Below are positions 25,172-38,380 of a stretch of 64,000 nt of DNA, one piece after another. Numbering within the stretch: position 1 is the first letter of the stretch; every line of letters begins with the position of its first letter. The translations under genes and the position numbers were made by a program. Under the pieces are notes generated by a model that worked only from the letters and a program-made list of their open reading frames with translations, ran no database searches and was not told where the DNA came from. This stretch comes from Narcine bancroftii. Lineage: Eukaryota. The stretch is from contig NC_091479.1 of NCBI RefSeq assembly GCF_036971445.1, forward strand, positions 74,276,001 through 74,340,000, in the 5' to 3' direction.

Positions 25172-26325
25172 CTAAAAACAAAAAGGAAAAAAAAAACAAA
25201 ATGCTTCAAACAAATTAAAAAAAAACTCAAAATGCAAATGAATGCGCAGCAATTTAACTTAAATATTTTTATCCAATGGTTCCTCTTGATAATTTTATTG
25301 CTATAGTTCACATCTATGCAAAACTGAATATTAATATAGTGAAAACAATGAATACAACCGAAAATATGAAAATGCCAAACACTTCAATAATTGTTAAAGC
25401 CTTTATCACTTTATCCTATGGAGATATAGTTTAACTAAATTTATGTAGATCAATCATGGCCTCTTTGAAAAATAAAGCATCCAGGAAGATACAACTGGAA
25501 ACATGCGTCTTGGTTAATATGTCCAATTTACTTAAAATTAGAAAAGTATGTTTTTAAAGCTCATGCAGTGAAGTCATATTTTGAATTCCAATGCATCCAG
25601 CAGGATAATTGGGATGAACTGATGGGTTTGTAAGAAAGAAGTGGTTGAAGGGAGTCAAGGGAAGGAAATGAACTGATTGTGTGCTCCAAGAGCAAGGATA
25701 AGCTCAGTGAGCCATGTGGCTTCTTTCTGCATCATACAAGAAAGAGGTGAAAATGTGCATAGTGGCATTTCATGGAGGCTTTGAGTATGAAAGATTTAAA
25801 CAAACAAATAACCAGAACACTCTTATATGTGATGTTCCACCATTCTTGACAGTGATGACACAAGAGGATACAAGTTGGAGAATGAACTGGGAATCTATCG
25901 GGGTGGAGGGGGGGGAAAGAAGATGACAAGAACCTGGGGAGAAGATCCAAGTGAAATTCAGCAGGGAATATGGATGAGTCGCTTGGTAACCATGGAGAAA
26001 AAAATTCATAGGGTTTAATTGACAGCCAGGCTTGAGCGACAGCAGTTTCATGCTCTTTAACTAACTCCAAGACAGGTTCAGCTCCCTGCTTAGGTCCTGT
26101 TTCATTGTTGGTATCCCTCGCCACTCAAGGGCTTCATACACGTGGCAAAGTTTCAGACACGATGTAGAAATAATGACTGCATGCAAAGTAAATCTTCAGG
26201 CGTTACATATACACAAACCAAACTGAAAACTCAGCAACAATTTTTCTATCCACAAAAAGTGTCAGCACCTTGCAACCAAAAGGTTAACTTGTGCAATAAC
26301 ATGTCCCAGACAGTGGTTACATTAC

Positions 26326-26464
26326 CTCTCCCAATGGGAAGAGCTTCTGCATTACAGCACTGATCCACAAGCTGATGACAATGTTCAATTATAGCCTCCA
26401 TTTGAGTTTTATCGTACGTCACTCCAAGAAACCGGACCAAGAGTTCCACAGTCCTTGCAAGATT
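26326..26464 (-). CDS. SULT4A1: SULT4A1 exon 6 (139 nt)
   Basis: NLARTVELLVRFLGVTYDKTQMEAIIEHCHQLVDQCCNAEALPIGR; ag/gtaat boundaries. Confidence 0.95.
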
Positions 26465-26689
26465 CTACCACAAGAAGAAGAATGACAGATTTAACTGGAA
26501 TATTTGTGAAGGTCAGGAAAAATGCTACTAAATGATAATACAATTCATGACAAATTCACAAATGCCAGATCAATAGGTCAGCTGACAAAAAGTAGATGTA
26601 CAAACCTGGAAAATGAATATTCAGATTAATTTTTGCTCATGCAAGCAAAGCATTAATTACATCCTTCCCATTCACTTACATTTTTTAAT

Positions 26690-27020
26690 TGGTCTTTGCC
26701 AATAACATTAACAGGAAGGGTTAACTGCAATAAGATGAATATTTTTCCACGTATACAATATATTTTTCAAACCTCACCAATACAACTTCCACAAAAGTTT
26801 TTTTTTTCCCAAGAACTAAATAAACATGTATGGAAATTTGGAAAGGTAAAATGTCAAGAGTTTCTATCGAAAGATTAACATAGAAATATGAATCAGGCAG
26901 TTTGCAGCTTCCTAATTTTAAGAATTATTATCAAGTGGCTCAAATGAGATTTCTTACCTTTTATTGAGGGTTCAGGAGTTGAATGAAATAGGAGAGAAAT
27001 TAGCAGAGGATGGTATAAAC
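26690..27020 (+). mobile_element. L1-like LINE ORF2 internal fragment
   Basis: LPITLTGRVNCNKMNIFPRIQYIFQTSPIQLPQKFF and LQLPNFKNYY motifs typical of fish-type L1 ORF2. Confidence 0.8.
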
Positions 27021-27798
27021 ATGGACTTCACTGCTTTCCATTAAACCTACTTGCCTTTTCTTCCCCCTCCCGCATTTCCTGCATTTCCAGTTCTTTCAGA
27101 TACACAGCCCTGCCTTTCCAACCGCCCCAGTTCTGCTGCCCCTCCCTCCCTTCACCACCTATTATCTCCTGCCCTGCCACCCACTTATTTTAACGCTCAC
27201 TGGCATTTTCTCATACTTTGATGAAGGGCTGAAGCCTGAAAAGTTGGTTATGTATCTCTGCCTTTGCTACATGAAGGACACTGTTTGACCTGCTGAGTCT
27301 CCTGCATTCTGTGTTTTTACTGTGGGATACCAGTGTGTGAATCCACCCATCTATTTTCTTCTTTCTTTTCTCTTCTTCATATAACTATACATCTCATTTA
27401 TAACTTTTGTACAGCTTTTGTGTAGGAGCAAGGGTAAGAGTGGGGTAAAAACAATCATGTAACCATTGTAATTTTTTAAAAACTTAATCAAAACTTTTAA
27501 AAAAATTAATCAGATGTATTGAAATTTTTTTAAAATATTAAAAATATTGGATAAAGAATTAAAAGGATAAACCTTTCCATGCATACATTTTGAAATGTAA
27601 TTATATGAGCATGTTTAAGGACTTTACTGGACAGTCTTTGAGCACTTTGGAGAAAAAGCAAGAACTAAAACAAGTTGGCTTGCTCTTGATAGATACTAGC
27701 ATGTGTTTGATGGACATAATAGGCTCCTACACTTGAACAATTCAATAATTTTAAGTGGTTTTCATCCCAGCCAAAGTAGCGATGAACACAAGTCTCAC

Positions 27799-27893
27799 CT
27801 TGTGTAAATCTTCATAAAGCAGGAAGAGGACATTGGAGTCCATGCGATGTTCCCAGAATTCTTGAACATGTTCAAACCATGATCCATAACCCA
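27799..27893 (-). CDS. SULT4A1: SULT4A1 exon 5 (95 nt)
   Basis: tttccag|(L)GYGSWFEHVQEFWEHRMDSNVLFLLYEDLHK|gtgaga. Confidence 0.97.
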
Positions 27894-28703
27894 CTGGAAA
27901 AATGACAGACTCATTAAGAGCTTAGTAAACCATTGTACCTTAGTACATTAGAATTTCTTCAGAAATTCAGAGCCAAAACCCAGCTTTATCCACATACTTT
28001 CTTTTTATTATCTATCTTTTGTATTTATTACCTCTTTTTAATTTAAGGTAGTTTTTTTTAAATGTCATGATTATATTATTATTTATTTATTTCTTTAAAC
28101 ACACAAAGTACCTGTTCAGCCACAGGAATTAAGAATTTTGGTGCCTGTGCATAATGTGTATGACAATGAACTCATTGTTACTTCCACTATACTTGTTCAA
28201 AAAGTAGATGTACATTAATACTGTGGCTAAATATCCCAGTGCTGTTTTGCCTCATCAGCAAAAGATGGGTGGTTCACAACAGTTGGTCTGATTTTCTTTT
28301 TTGATAAATGAAAATAAAGATACATGAAAAATTATTATCTTGTTTGGAAAAACTCATCACAAATGCCACTCTTATATGCGAATGGTGAGTCTTGAATCCC
28401 TGTTTTATAATTAACAGGGTGATTTGGAAGACGACTTTGTAATTTTCCATGGTTAAATAATGAATCATCTTTGACATCTCACATTTTCAAGGTTGGAATC
28501 ACAAATAAATAGATCCCAAATGCTGGGTTTCCACACATCTTCCCATTACAACAGGCTACCCCTTTGCTCACAGATTGGAAAGTCTAGACTGCTTTCATTA
28601 GCACACAATGCAGCGGCTCAATTCAAGATTCTTTTGAACATCATCCTATCTTGGACAGGATAAATGAAAACAACAATTCCTCGAGAGTAATTCTGACACT
28701 CAC

Positions 28704-28830
28704 ACTTATCGTTCACAAACCGTCGACAGAATTCCTGAAAAGTCCCTCTGTAGCTCATTGTTCGTAAAGAACGATGAAACTGATAGTATGACACCACCAA
28801 GTCTTTGGGATTTCTGGCCATGCATATAAC
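28704..28830 (-). CDS. SULT4A1: SULT4A1 exon 4 (127 nt)
   Basis: ctgcag|VICMARNPKDLVVSYYQFHRSLRTMSYRGTFQEFCRRFVNDK|gtgagt; contains the RNPKD..VS 3'-phosphate-binding motif. Confidence 0.97.
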
Positions 28831-28896
28831 CTGCAGAAAGAAAGGTTTGGAACTGGGAATGGAAACTTGAAATGTAATTTGCTACAATATTGCATT

Positions 28897-28902
<6 letters not shown>

Positions 28903-28934
<32 letters not shown>
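28903..28934. repeat. (TA)n microsatellite
   Basis: About 16 TA units. Confidence 0.95.
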
Positions 28935-28935
<1 letters not shown>

Positions 28936-29860
28936 GAGAAACCCAAGGATTGTTTCTAAAAAGGGGCATTTCAATTGAAAAGGAAACAAACTTTGGGACC
29001 ATTTGGAGGAAGGAGAGCTGGTAGGTTAATTCTATCTATGTCAATGTTTCCTCCTGCAATATGTACTTACATTTTTCACAAGAACCATAACCATAAACAG
29101 AACCTTCTGGAAATCTATGTATAGAACATCCACATGTTACTTCTCTAAAGAACTCCAATAAACCAGTCAAACATGAATACACGTTCACAAAATCAAGCTG
29201 ACTTTATCTGACTATTTTGAATTCTTCTGAGTGTCATGCTCCAAAAGACTTTAACAGCAATTTCTAACAGCTGCGGGGATAACAAGCCAGTAATTTCTTG
29301 CTTTTCATCTCCCTCCCTTTTTGAATAATGATGTTATGTTTGCTATTTTTCAATCTAATGGAGCTCTTCCCAAACAAAGTCAGTAACGTTTGGAAAAAAA
29401 TTCAACACTTTATCCATCTCACAAGTTACTCCTTTTAAGATCCCTGGATGACTTCTTGTCAGCCATGCTCAACACTCCTGCCTCAGCTATTTGTGGGATC
29501 TTATTTGTATCTTTTGCAAGCAAGAGGAAGGGTGAGAGATGCTGATTACACCTTTGTCAACAAACCAGAGCTTGCTGGCTGGTTAGGAATGACAGCTCAG
29601 AGACTAATGGATCATCTTTCTTTCAGTTGCAAGTGAAGGGGTGTGACTGATGAAGGCATCCTTTATGTTAGTCAGATCTCCACAACAACCAACTGTCATC
29701 TGGACAGGCAAGAAAGGAAAAATTGAAAAATAAATTCTAAATAAAACCGCCTCTAAAACACCGCAAGCTGAATTTTGAAGAATTTGATTCATAAAACCTT
29801 TTTTTTTAAGAAAACCAGTCAACAAGGACACTAAAAATTATGTAACACATAATATTTTAC

Positions 29861-29941
29861 CTTTGACTGTCCATTGTGAAGATCTGTAGGTAGGAAACGA
29901 TATGGCAGGTGACTCTTAATAAGTCGAGGGGATGTCAGCTC
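29861..29941 (-). CDS. SULT4A1: SULT4A1 exon 3 (81 nt)
   Basis: ttcag|ELTSPRLIKSHLPYRFLPTDLHNGQSK|gtaaaa; includes the KSHLP motif. Confidence 0.97.
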
Positions 29942-30829
29942 CTGAAGGTAAAGACATAATTAGTTTACAGAAAACTTACTCTGGAGAGAACTTTTCTTGG
30001 GACTCTGCTTCTTCATTGGACAGGGTGCAAACAAGGAAACCAAGCATAATCTATTTTGCATGATTAACCTTCCTAACTCTGCTTGTTGAAATAACTCATC
30101 GGCATAATGCATAAAGAGAAATTCATGCAAGAAAGACATCAATGGAAAGTGAAATAATGAAGCAATGTGGAAAAACAGGCAGAAGCCAGGAGAGAAAAGG
30201 CACTATGGATATGACCCAACATACCACTTCATTGTTTCAAACCTCTAATAATCATCATTTAACACCCAATCAGAGGCAGGATACCAATGATCTTCTGTTA
30301 AAATCCCACTTTAAAAGAAGCACTGACAGGAACAAAAAACACAAAGTGTACTGAAGGCAGGCTATCTTCAACATACATGACACTGCAGAACAAGTTGGCA
30401 AAGTACTGATGCTGCAATGATACGGTAGCAATGCCAACACAAAGGGAAAATAATTGTTTGACTCCTTTCTTGCCAATCAATACGTCTTTGACCATGACAA
30501 TATGTTACAAAGACCTTATGTAATTAATATCACACTGAACATATGGTGGTTGTAAAAGGCAACATCGTTCAATAGGAAAGATCCAGAATCGATGCTGAAA
30601 TCAGCCATTTATGAGACAGTCAGTGATCCATGGGACGTTCTGCAGCAGATAAGTATTCCACCAAAATCTGCAATTTCATGGCCCAGCATTTCATTGTCTC
30701 AATGGCCAACATCCAGTCAAGGGTTATACTTTGTTTGGAGAGTATTTTAAAAGAGGATGTCAAAAATCAGCTTCTTTGCAGCTAACATGATGAAGCTGCC
30801 TCAGAACTGATGAAAACTGAAATAGCAAG

Positions 30830-31847
30830 TATTACGAGCCCAGAGGACCCCAAAACCCAGCAGCAACAGATATTCACCAAGACAAAAGGTTACTTAAACA
30901 AAAGTTGCTTTTAATTATCTATAAACATGAAAACAGGATCAAACTTTATCTTATTACTATTAATTCAACCTAACATAACCCCCTTTTAATTCTCGGTGCA
31001 TGTGTATATAATGTGTGTGTAAATTTAGAAATTTCTTTGATTCACAGTCCAATCTCACTTCTCACTCCTCCAAGTTCAATGGTTGCAATCAATTCTTACT
31101 CTGTGCACAGAATTTTACATTTATGAAGTTACACCAGGCTTTGGTGCTTGAAAGATAAATGGTTACTGCTCAGGAAGGTTCTTGTTGGTTTTCAGAGAGA
31201 TTTGTTGTTCGCTGGACACAAACTGATCCCTTCTAATCAACCACGTCAGTGTCTTGCCGAAGAAACTTGCTCATCAGGGTTTTCCAGATGATAACCTCTT
31301 TCTTTCAGGTCACCACAAAGTTCCTTTTTGTTTCCCTTATTTCAAGTGAAACATTAGGTAGCCAGTCCTCTCCTCTTGTATGGACCACAAGGGCTTTGAC
31401 CAGGCTGAACTAAGCATTCACAACCAGTCTTCAAACTGGGTTTTTACCACAAGGTTTCCACCTTGTCCTGTTCCAGTCCCAGCTGCTGCTGCTGAACTGA
31501 ATTCTCTCTCTCTCTCTCACTCAAAAAAAGCCTGTTTTACTCTCTCTGCTTGCAAAACCACATGACCCTCTAAGAACAGCAACCTCCACTCAGACTGACT
31601 ATGGCTCTGAACCTAATCCATGGAGTTATTTCATCTGTTGCTTTTCAAAACAACAATCCATTAGTGAAGTCTCTTGGGCACTCCCCAAAGCTTTTGCAAA
31701 CATATTCGGAGATGCCCTGTCTAGCTTGAGCAGAGCTCCAGTATTTTAAATGAGATCGGTTTTGAAGTGTTTTTTTATGTGACCTACGCTAAAAAACCTG
31801 CCACACTTTATCTCCCAAAATCATAAAACACAACATATTCTGTCACA
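30830..31847. mobile_element. Solo LTR (1018 bp) with perfect 4-bp TSD CAAG
   Basis: TATTACG...TGTCACA (first TG mutated to TA); CAAG at 30826-30829 and 31848-31851. Confidence 0.85.
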
Positions 31848-31899
31848 CAAGTTATAAACAGAGTTATCCAATCCCATGAATAATAGGTCTGGAACACTC

Positions 31900-32190
31900 C
31901 CACACCCATTCACGAATTTGAACCTAGACACCCTGTAGCCAATACAGGCCAACAGCAGATGCCATCTCGCTGGCCTGCCACTCTACCTTAGATCACCTTG
32001 ACCTCAAGAACTCATACATCTGGCTGTTGCTCACTGACTGTCGTCTAGCATTTTTATGCAAAACCAATGATAAAACTCAGGGATATGGAACATTTACAAA
32101 TGAATTCTCAGCTTCCTCATCAGAATACCCCAATCATGGTGTATTAGCAGCACCATCCCTTCGTCACTGACCATTAACATAGGGGCCTTA
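31900..32190 (+). mobile_element. Old Rex1-like RT fragment
   Basis: aacagcagatgccatctc...ctggctgttgctcactgactgtcgtctagcattt resembles the Rex1 RT regions at 5.3 and 37.2 kb. Confidence 0.5.
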
Positions 32191-32609
32191 AAGCTGCATG
32201 CTTTTCAATTGTTCAAGATACAACAATGCCAAAGATCCAGAGATCATCCTGAAAAGAGACACTACGTCCATTGACACATAAAACTGGCCAGATCCCTCCT
32301 GAAAAAGAGAGAAATCCAATCTTGGCAATCGATGTTCAGACATGATGGCAAGGTCAATGAAATTCCTATCCAGTGGTATTATCCATAAATCGAAGGCATA
32401 GTAGACTCTGGAATCATGGAATCTGAGGCTAAACACAATCTGCTGGAAGATCTCAATAGGTCCAACAGCATCAATGAGAAAAAAAAAATGGATGACATTT
32501 TGGGCTGGAGCCCTTCATCAAGGCTGAAAGGTCAACCATCCTTGGCCTGTTCAGCTCCTCCAGCAGATTGTAATTATTATTCATCAGCGGCACAAGGATA
32601 GCTTCTTCA

Positions 32610-34085
32610 GAATCAGAATTTATTGTCTTGAATATGTCACGAAATTAGCTGTTTTGTGGCAGCATCAGTGTGCAAATTTTTATATAAACTATCTTACAAA
32701 ATAAATAAAAATAGTACATAAAAAGACCAAGTCAAGGAATGTCTTTGGTTCATTAATCATTCATAAATCTGATGGCAGTGGGGAAGAAGCTGTCCTTGTG
32801 CCACTGAGTGCTCGTTTTCAGGCTCCTGTACCTTTTTTTCCCCCCAATGACAGCAGAGTGAAGAGGGCATGGCCTGGGGGGTGGGGGATCTTTGAGGATA
32901 GAGACAGTTTTCTAAAGACACCGTCTCTTGTAGATGTCCTCAATGAAGTGAAAACTAACAACAATTATGCAATCTGGACATGTGAGAAAGTAGAAAAATT
33001 TTGGGAAGATCTAAATCAGATATTAAATAAAATAACAGAAAACAATATACCAAAGGATCCAGAGATCTTCCTCCTAAGTAACATAAAAAACAAAGAATTT
33101 GGAATTGATTTGGAGGATGCACAAAAACGATTTGTTAAGATAGCTCTAGCCGTAGCAAAAAAATGTATTATGTCAACCTGGAAATTGGAAGATAATTTGA
33201 AAATACAACAATGGTATATAGAAATGAATAAATGTATTCCATTAGAAAAAATAACATATAGTTTAAGAAATAATATTGAAATATTCGAACAAATATGGGA
33301 GCCTTACATTAAACATAATAGCGAAAACCTACCGGGGACAATCACTACCTAAGTTAACAGAAGGAAAAGGAAATGAAAAGAATGGACTCAGTGGAATTTC
33401 TGGTGCATTTTTATTGAATGACAACATTGTCTGACTGGTTTAATGTATCCGAGATTTTATACCTTAAATGGACGGGAGGGGGGAGGTAGGGAGGGTGGGA
33501 TGGGGGGAGGAGGGGGGGGGGAAGAAAATGGCACTGTATATGTGTGAAAAGGAAAAAGTGTGTATCATGGTTAATGTGATTTATGGTGTGAAAAATAAAA
33601 AATTTAAAAAAAATGAAGTGAAAACTGTTGCCCGTGATGTCACAGGTCGAGTCAATAATTCTCTGGAGTTTTTACCCCTCCTAAGCATTGGCACCTTCAT
33701 ACCAGGCAGGGATGCAACCAGCCAGAATGCACTCCTTAGTAGTACACCCGTAGAAGTTTTCAAGAGTTTTCGGTGACATACCGAATCTCCTCAAACTCCT
33801 CACAGAGCAGAGCATTCTTCGTGATTGCATCAACATGGAGACTCTAGGACAGATCCTTGGAGATGTTGACACCCAGGAATTTGAAGTTCTTGACTCTCTC
33901 CACTTCTTACCCTCTGCCATCAGATTTCTGAATGAAGAATGAACCACAGACACTATCTCACTTTGTCTTTTTCTTGCACTGTTTTTATATATTTTGTGAG
34001 GTGGTTTAAATAAATGTTTGCTCTGTGATGCTGCCACAAAGCCACAAATTTTGTGACAAGTTCATGATCATAAATTCTGATTCTT
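32610..34085 (-). mobile_element. Rex1-type LINE 3' part, interrupted by an L1 insertion
   Basis: Minus-strand SLRRFGMSPKTLENFYGCTTKECILAGCIPAWY; tail cagaatcagaatttattgtc. Confidence 0.7.
32957..33611 (+). mobile_element. Young 5'-truncated L1-like LINE with 15-bp TSD
   Basis: Uninterrupted ORF2 C-terminus (AIWTCEKVEKFW...PLEKITYSLRNNIEIFEQIWEPY), G-rich 3'UTR, AATAAA and A-tail; TSD AATGAAGTGAAAACT at 32942-32956 and 33612-33626. Confidence 0.9.
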
Positions 34086-35605
34086 TCTAAAGTTTCTAAA
34101 GTCCACCCATCCAAACTTAGGCACCTCCAACAATACTTAAGCAGCTCAATATAATTCAGGACAAAGCAGCGTATTTGTTTGGTCCTTTCAGAACCAAGCA
34201 GTACAGAACCTCAAACAATGCCTGTCAATACCATTTGCTGGGCAGTAGGCATTCTGCATCCTTCAAATTTGGCTTAAAAATATTTGGTCATTCCTCAATT
34301 GCTCGATCAAAGTCCTGGAATTGATTACCTGGCAGTACTGTGGCAGTACCTTCACCGCAAGGATTGCAGCTTTTTAAATACAGAAGTTCACCATTCAAAG
34401 GCAAAGAGGCATTAAATACTGGCCCTGGAAGATTCCAGATGTAAGCAAAAACAATAAAGTTTATTCTTCAAGCAAAAGAAATCTCTGAAAATGTTGAGAG
34501 CTTGAGAATGAATGGCTGATTCCTGCACTTGATATGTCAATATTTTTATATGTAGACTAGCTATTAACGATGTGTTACTGTCTCTGTATTCAATCTGTGA
34601 ATCACACTCCATCCACAGAACCTGTTGGGTTATCTTGACTTGTACTCTGTTTTGACATAACTAATGCAAATTTAGAAGACAAAATAATTTAAATTTAACT
34701 GATCAGATGACCTTGCTGCTTAACTGTCCCCAGAGAAAGAACCCAAAAGCCAAAGGTTAATCCTAAAAATGACCCTGTTAGTGTTCGTTGTCAATTATCA
34801 CAATGGATCTGACTACCAAGTGGAAATGATATAAAACATATAGTCACCATTGTGAGGTACTGTATGTGGTAGCAGACATCATTAATTTTCCCTTATTTAC
34901 CAGAGCGTCGATAACAATAGAATTACACCACGGGTTATGCACAGTGCCTTTTAAACCACACAATAAGCCTCTGAATACCCGCTTTGAGAGGGAAAGCGGT
35001 CTAATTTTCATGGACAGTTTTAGCAGTGGCAAAGCTTCACCCTCAGATTTCCCTTCTTTTGTTGGTGCCATTCTGAGACTTAATTAATCTGTCTAAATGA
35101 AGTGAAACACAAAAGTCTGCAGATGATCTGTTCTGTTTAAATGACCATTTATAAATAATCTTATTTAAGATCATCAAAATTTATTTAAAATCATTTTTGG
35201 CCAGTTTATTGGTAAATGAAATATTTTTTATTTTATATCAAAAATTAGGCAAATTAATTTTTTTAATACAAAAGAAATTTTGACGGATGCCTGATTTTGA
35301 TCTTGCAGGGAAGCTCAACAATAAGGCATTGGTTACTGCCAAGTGATTTCTGAAAGTATCAAAGAATAGACAACTCGAATGCATCACAGAATCTGAGGAT
35401 CTGGTACTCCCACTCAAAGAAAAGGAACCTTCTCAGGTATAATTCATACCGTGGCTAACAAAAAAAAAATCAGATTTCTTTTGAAGGAAAGATCTTCATG
35501 GTACTTCTGGAAAAAAATTGATCCAATTTTAGTACATGTGAGCTTCTAATTCTTATTAGCCACATAGGAGATGAACAATGAGAAGTTGAAATGAACTATG
35601 CTTAC

Positions 35606-35736
35606 CTTAATAATATCGAGACCAGGCTGAGGATATTCCAGGACTGGTAACTGCTCATCAATATTCATTATTCCAATCTCATCTGGATCAGCATCCTGGT
35701 TCACCAAATACACCAGTTCCTGGAGGAGACTGGTCC
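35606..35736 (-). CDS. SULT4A1: SULT4A1 exon 2 (131 nt)
   Basis: ccag|(G)TSLLQELVYLVNQDADPDEIGIMNIDEQLPVLEYPQPGLDIIK|gtaagc. Confidence 0.97.
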
Positions 35737-37119
35737 CTGGCAGAAAAAACCACAGAGATGATGAGGGTTTATTGTTGTGCACAAATCAGCACCAAATTTC
35801 TGAGCTGAGTTTATTCCAAGTTATGCCTTCTTCGTTTATCCTGCAAATTTTATCCAACTGTAGTTTTAGTGCTTCATCAATACTGCTGGATGGTTAACCT
35901 GATGATTATATCCAGAATTTTGTGTTTTAATTTAGGGATACTTTAAAGCCAAGAAAACACCAAATCTGCAATCACAAATTAAAGACATGGAAGTCTCTTC
36001 AGGAAGAAGGGAAAATAACAAAGCCTTACACGCATTTTCTACAATGTGGCAATTCTGGGTAGATCCATCGCTTCTCCAGATGTCACATGGTCAGTGAAAT
36101 GAAGGTCAAAATATTGCACAGGTAGTAAAAAATGAAAAAAAAAAATGCTTAAGCAATGTAAAGTAGCTCCAAGTTATCAATTAGGACTGTTATTTGTAAT
36201 TGAAAGTGGATAATATTTCAAATGGATGCCAGTTCAGTGCAACTCAAGGATTCCACCCATCACAGATCTTTGGAAGCTTTAAAATCATTACAAATCCAGA
36301 GAAATTTAAAAAAAACTGTATTGATATAATATTCCCCACAACTACCACCCTTCCAATTTTTCTGAAGTGTCAGGACTTGCATTGTAATAGCATCAGGAAA
36401 CTACATGGTCATTTAAATTTCTCAATTCACCACTAAGGCCTATCTAATTTGAATGGTTATGTGTTAAATCCCATTAGTCAATGGGAAAAAGTATCCAACA
36501 CACCAACAGAACTGAATTTTGGAAATTGCTGGAAACTGTGCATCATAATCCCAGGGACAGCATTCTTATTATGTGTATAAAAGAGTCAAAATTCCCCCTA
36601 TTAAAATTTTTTTTTTTTAAATTGTCTAAGAGTATTTTGAATAATGAAATTAACTTCACATGACTTGGATTTTCAAAGATTCATTTAGGAATATCAGCCC
36701 ACAAATGACAATGCAGAGAAAGACAGTCATTCAGGGAACATTACAAAAATGACCACCTAGGCTCAGCTGAAGGCACCAAATGTTTAGTCCTTGCTGGTAT
36801 CTGTTTTATGAACCATTTCTCTATTCATATATCATTATTGTTGGAGTCAACTGCTGACCAAAAAAATAACTTGATAATTAAATCAAAGCAAATAATTGCT
36901 AGTACCTCTTGATAGGTAGTCTCAATCCTGAGTTCAGACTTACAAGACTCCCTCGCTCAACATGAAAACTCATGTCTCATGGAAAAAGCACAACAGAAAA
37001 TATGTAACTTCCCAGTAAATGCTCACTTCTAACATGCATGTTAAATAGATCATATTAAAGATACAACAAAACAAATTAACATTACATTTATTTCCAAAAT
37101 CTTTTGAATAATGTCATTT

Positions 37120-38380
37120 GGAATGCTTTGAGTGTCTGGTGACAGAATGCATCATAGCATATCTCCAGAGCACTGGACCCTTTTCAATTTGCCTTAGACG
37201 GAACCATTCCACTCATGATGTTATAGCCTTGTCCCTCCACTCCATCCTAACCAACTTGGAGAACGATGCTTCATATGTCAGGCTGTTATTCATCAGCGTT
37301 TAATACAATCATACCCCAGAGACTGGTTGAGATGCTGTCCTCACTGGGTCTCAACACCCCTCTCTGTAACCAATTTCTGGACTTCCTAACAGAAAGGCCA
37401 CACTCTGTCTGAGTTGGCAGTAGTACTTTGAACACTGGCACACCTCAGGGCAGTGTGCTCAGTCTACTCCTGTTCACGCTACTGACTCACGACTGCAATA
37501 CCAGATCCAGCTCCGAGAGTCAAAGTTTGCAGATGACACAACAGTTGTTAGCCTCGTCAGCAATAATGATGAATCGCACTACAGAGAAGAGGTGGAAAGT
37601 CTTGTGGAATGGTGCAAGAGTCTCAACATGGACAAGATAAAGGAGATGTTTGTGAACTCAGGAGGACCAACCTCCACTAAACATTAATAGATTGATAGTG
37701 GAGAGGGTAGAGAGCACCAAGTTCCTCAAAGTCCACTCAAGTAGTGACCTATCCTAAACTAAATAACATCCCCTCACTTGTCAGGAAGATGCATCAGCGA
37801 TTGCACTTCCTGAAAAGTTTGAGCCAGGCAAGGCTACTGACCACCCTCCTGTCAACTTTCTACAGGAGTTCTAGCGAAAGCGTCCTGCCTGGCTACATCA
37901 CAGTGTAGTTGCTGTAGAGCACTGAATCAGAGATCAATCCACAGGACCACAGATGCAGCAGACCATCACTGGGGTCTCCCTCCCCTTCATCGACCTGGAT
38001 TGTTGCCTGAAGAGGGCTCTCAAAGCCATTAAGGACCACTACTATCCCGAACACAGCATCTTCCAGGTACTCCTGTTAGGAAAGAGGTACAGGAGTATCA
38101 GAGCCAGAACAACCAGGCTGAGAAACAGCAGCTTCCCACCGGCAGTGAGAATGCTGAATGACTGATGAACTGTTCACAGAAATCATCCGAGACTACACTA
38201 TTTATTTAACAATATTTATTTATTTTTATGTATGTACTGCATATAACTTGCTTGTAAATTCAGTACGTGTGCCATGTCTATATATGCATTTGCACGTTTT
38301 TACTCAGAGGATCAAAGAACATGATTTTGTCCAGTTGTACTTATACAATTGGTTGATAGTAATAAACTTGAACTTGAATT
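37120..38380 (+). mobile_element. Degenerate 5'-truncated Rex1/Babar LINE
   Basis: YVRLLFI, NTGTPQGSVLSLLLFTL and GKRYRSIRARTTRLRNSSFPPAVRMLN motifs; tail aataaacttgaacttgaa. Confidence 0.85.

Noticed and set aside
32798-33352. 184-aa ORF as a host gene
   Set aside because: Chimera of antisense Rex1 sequence and the inserted L1 ORF2 C-terminus
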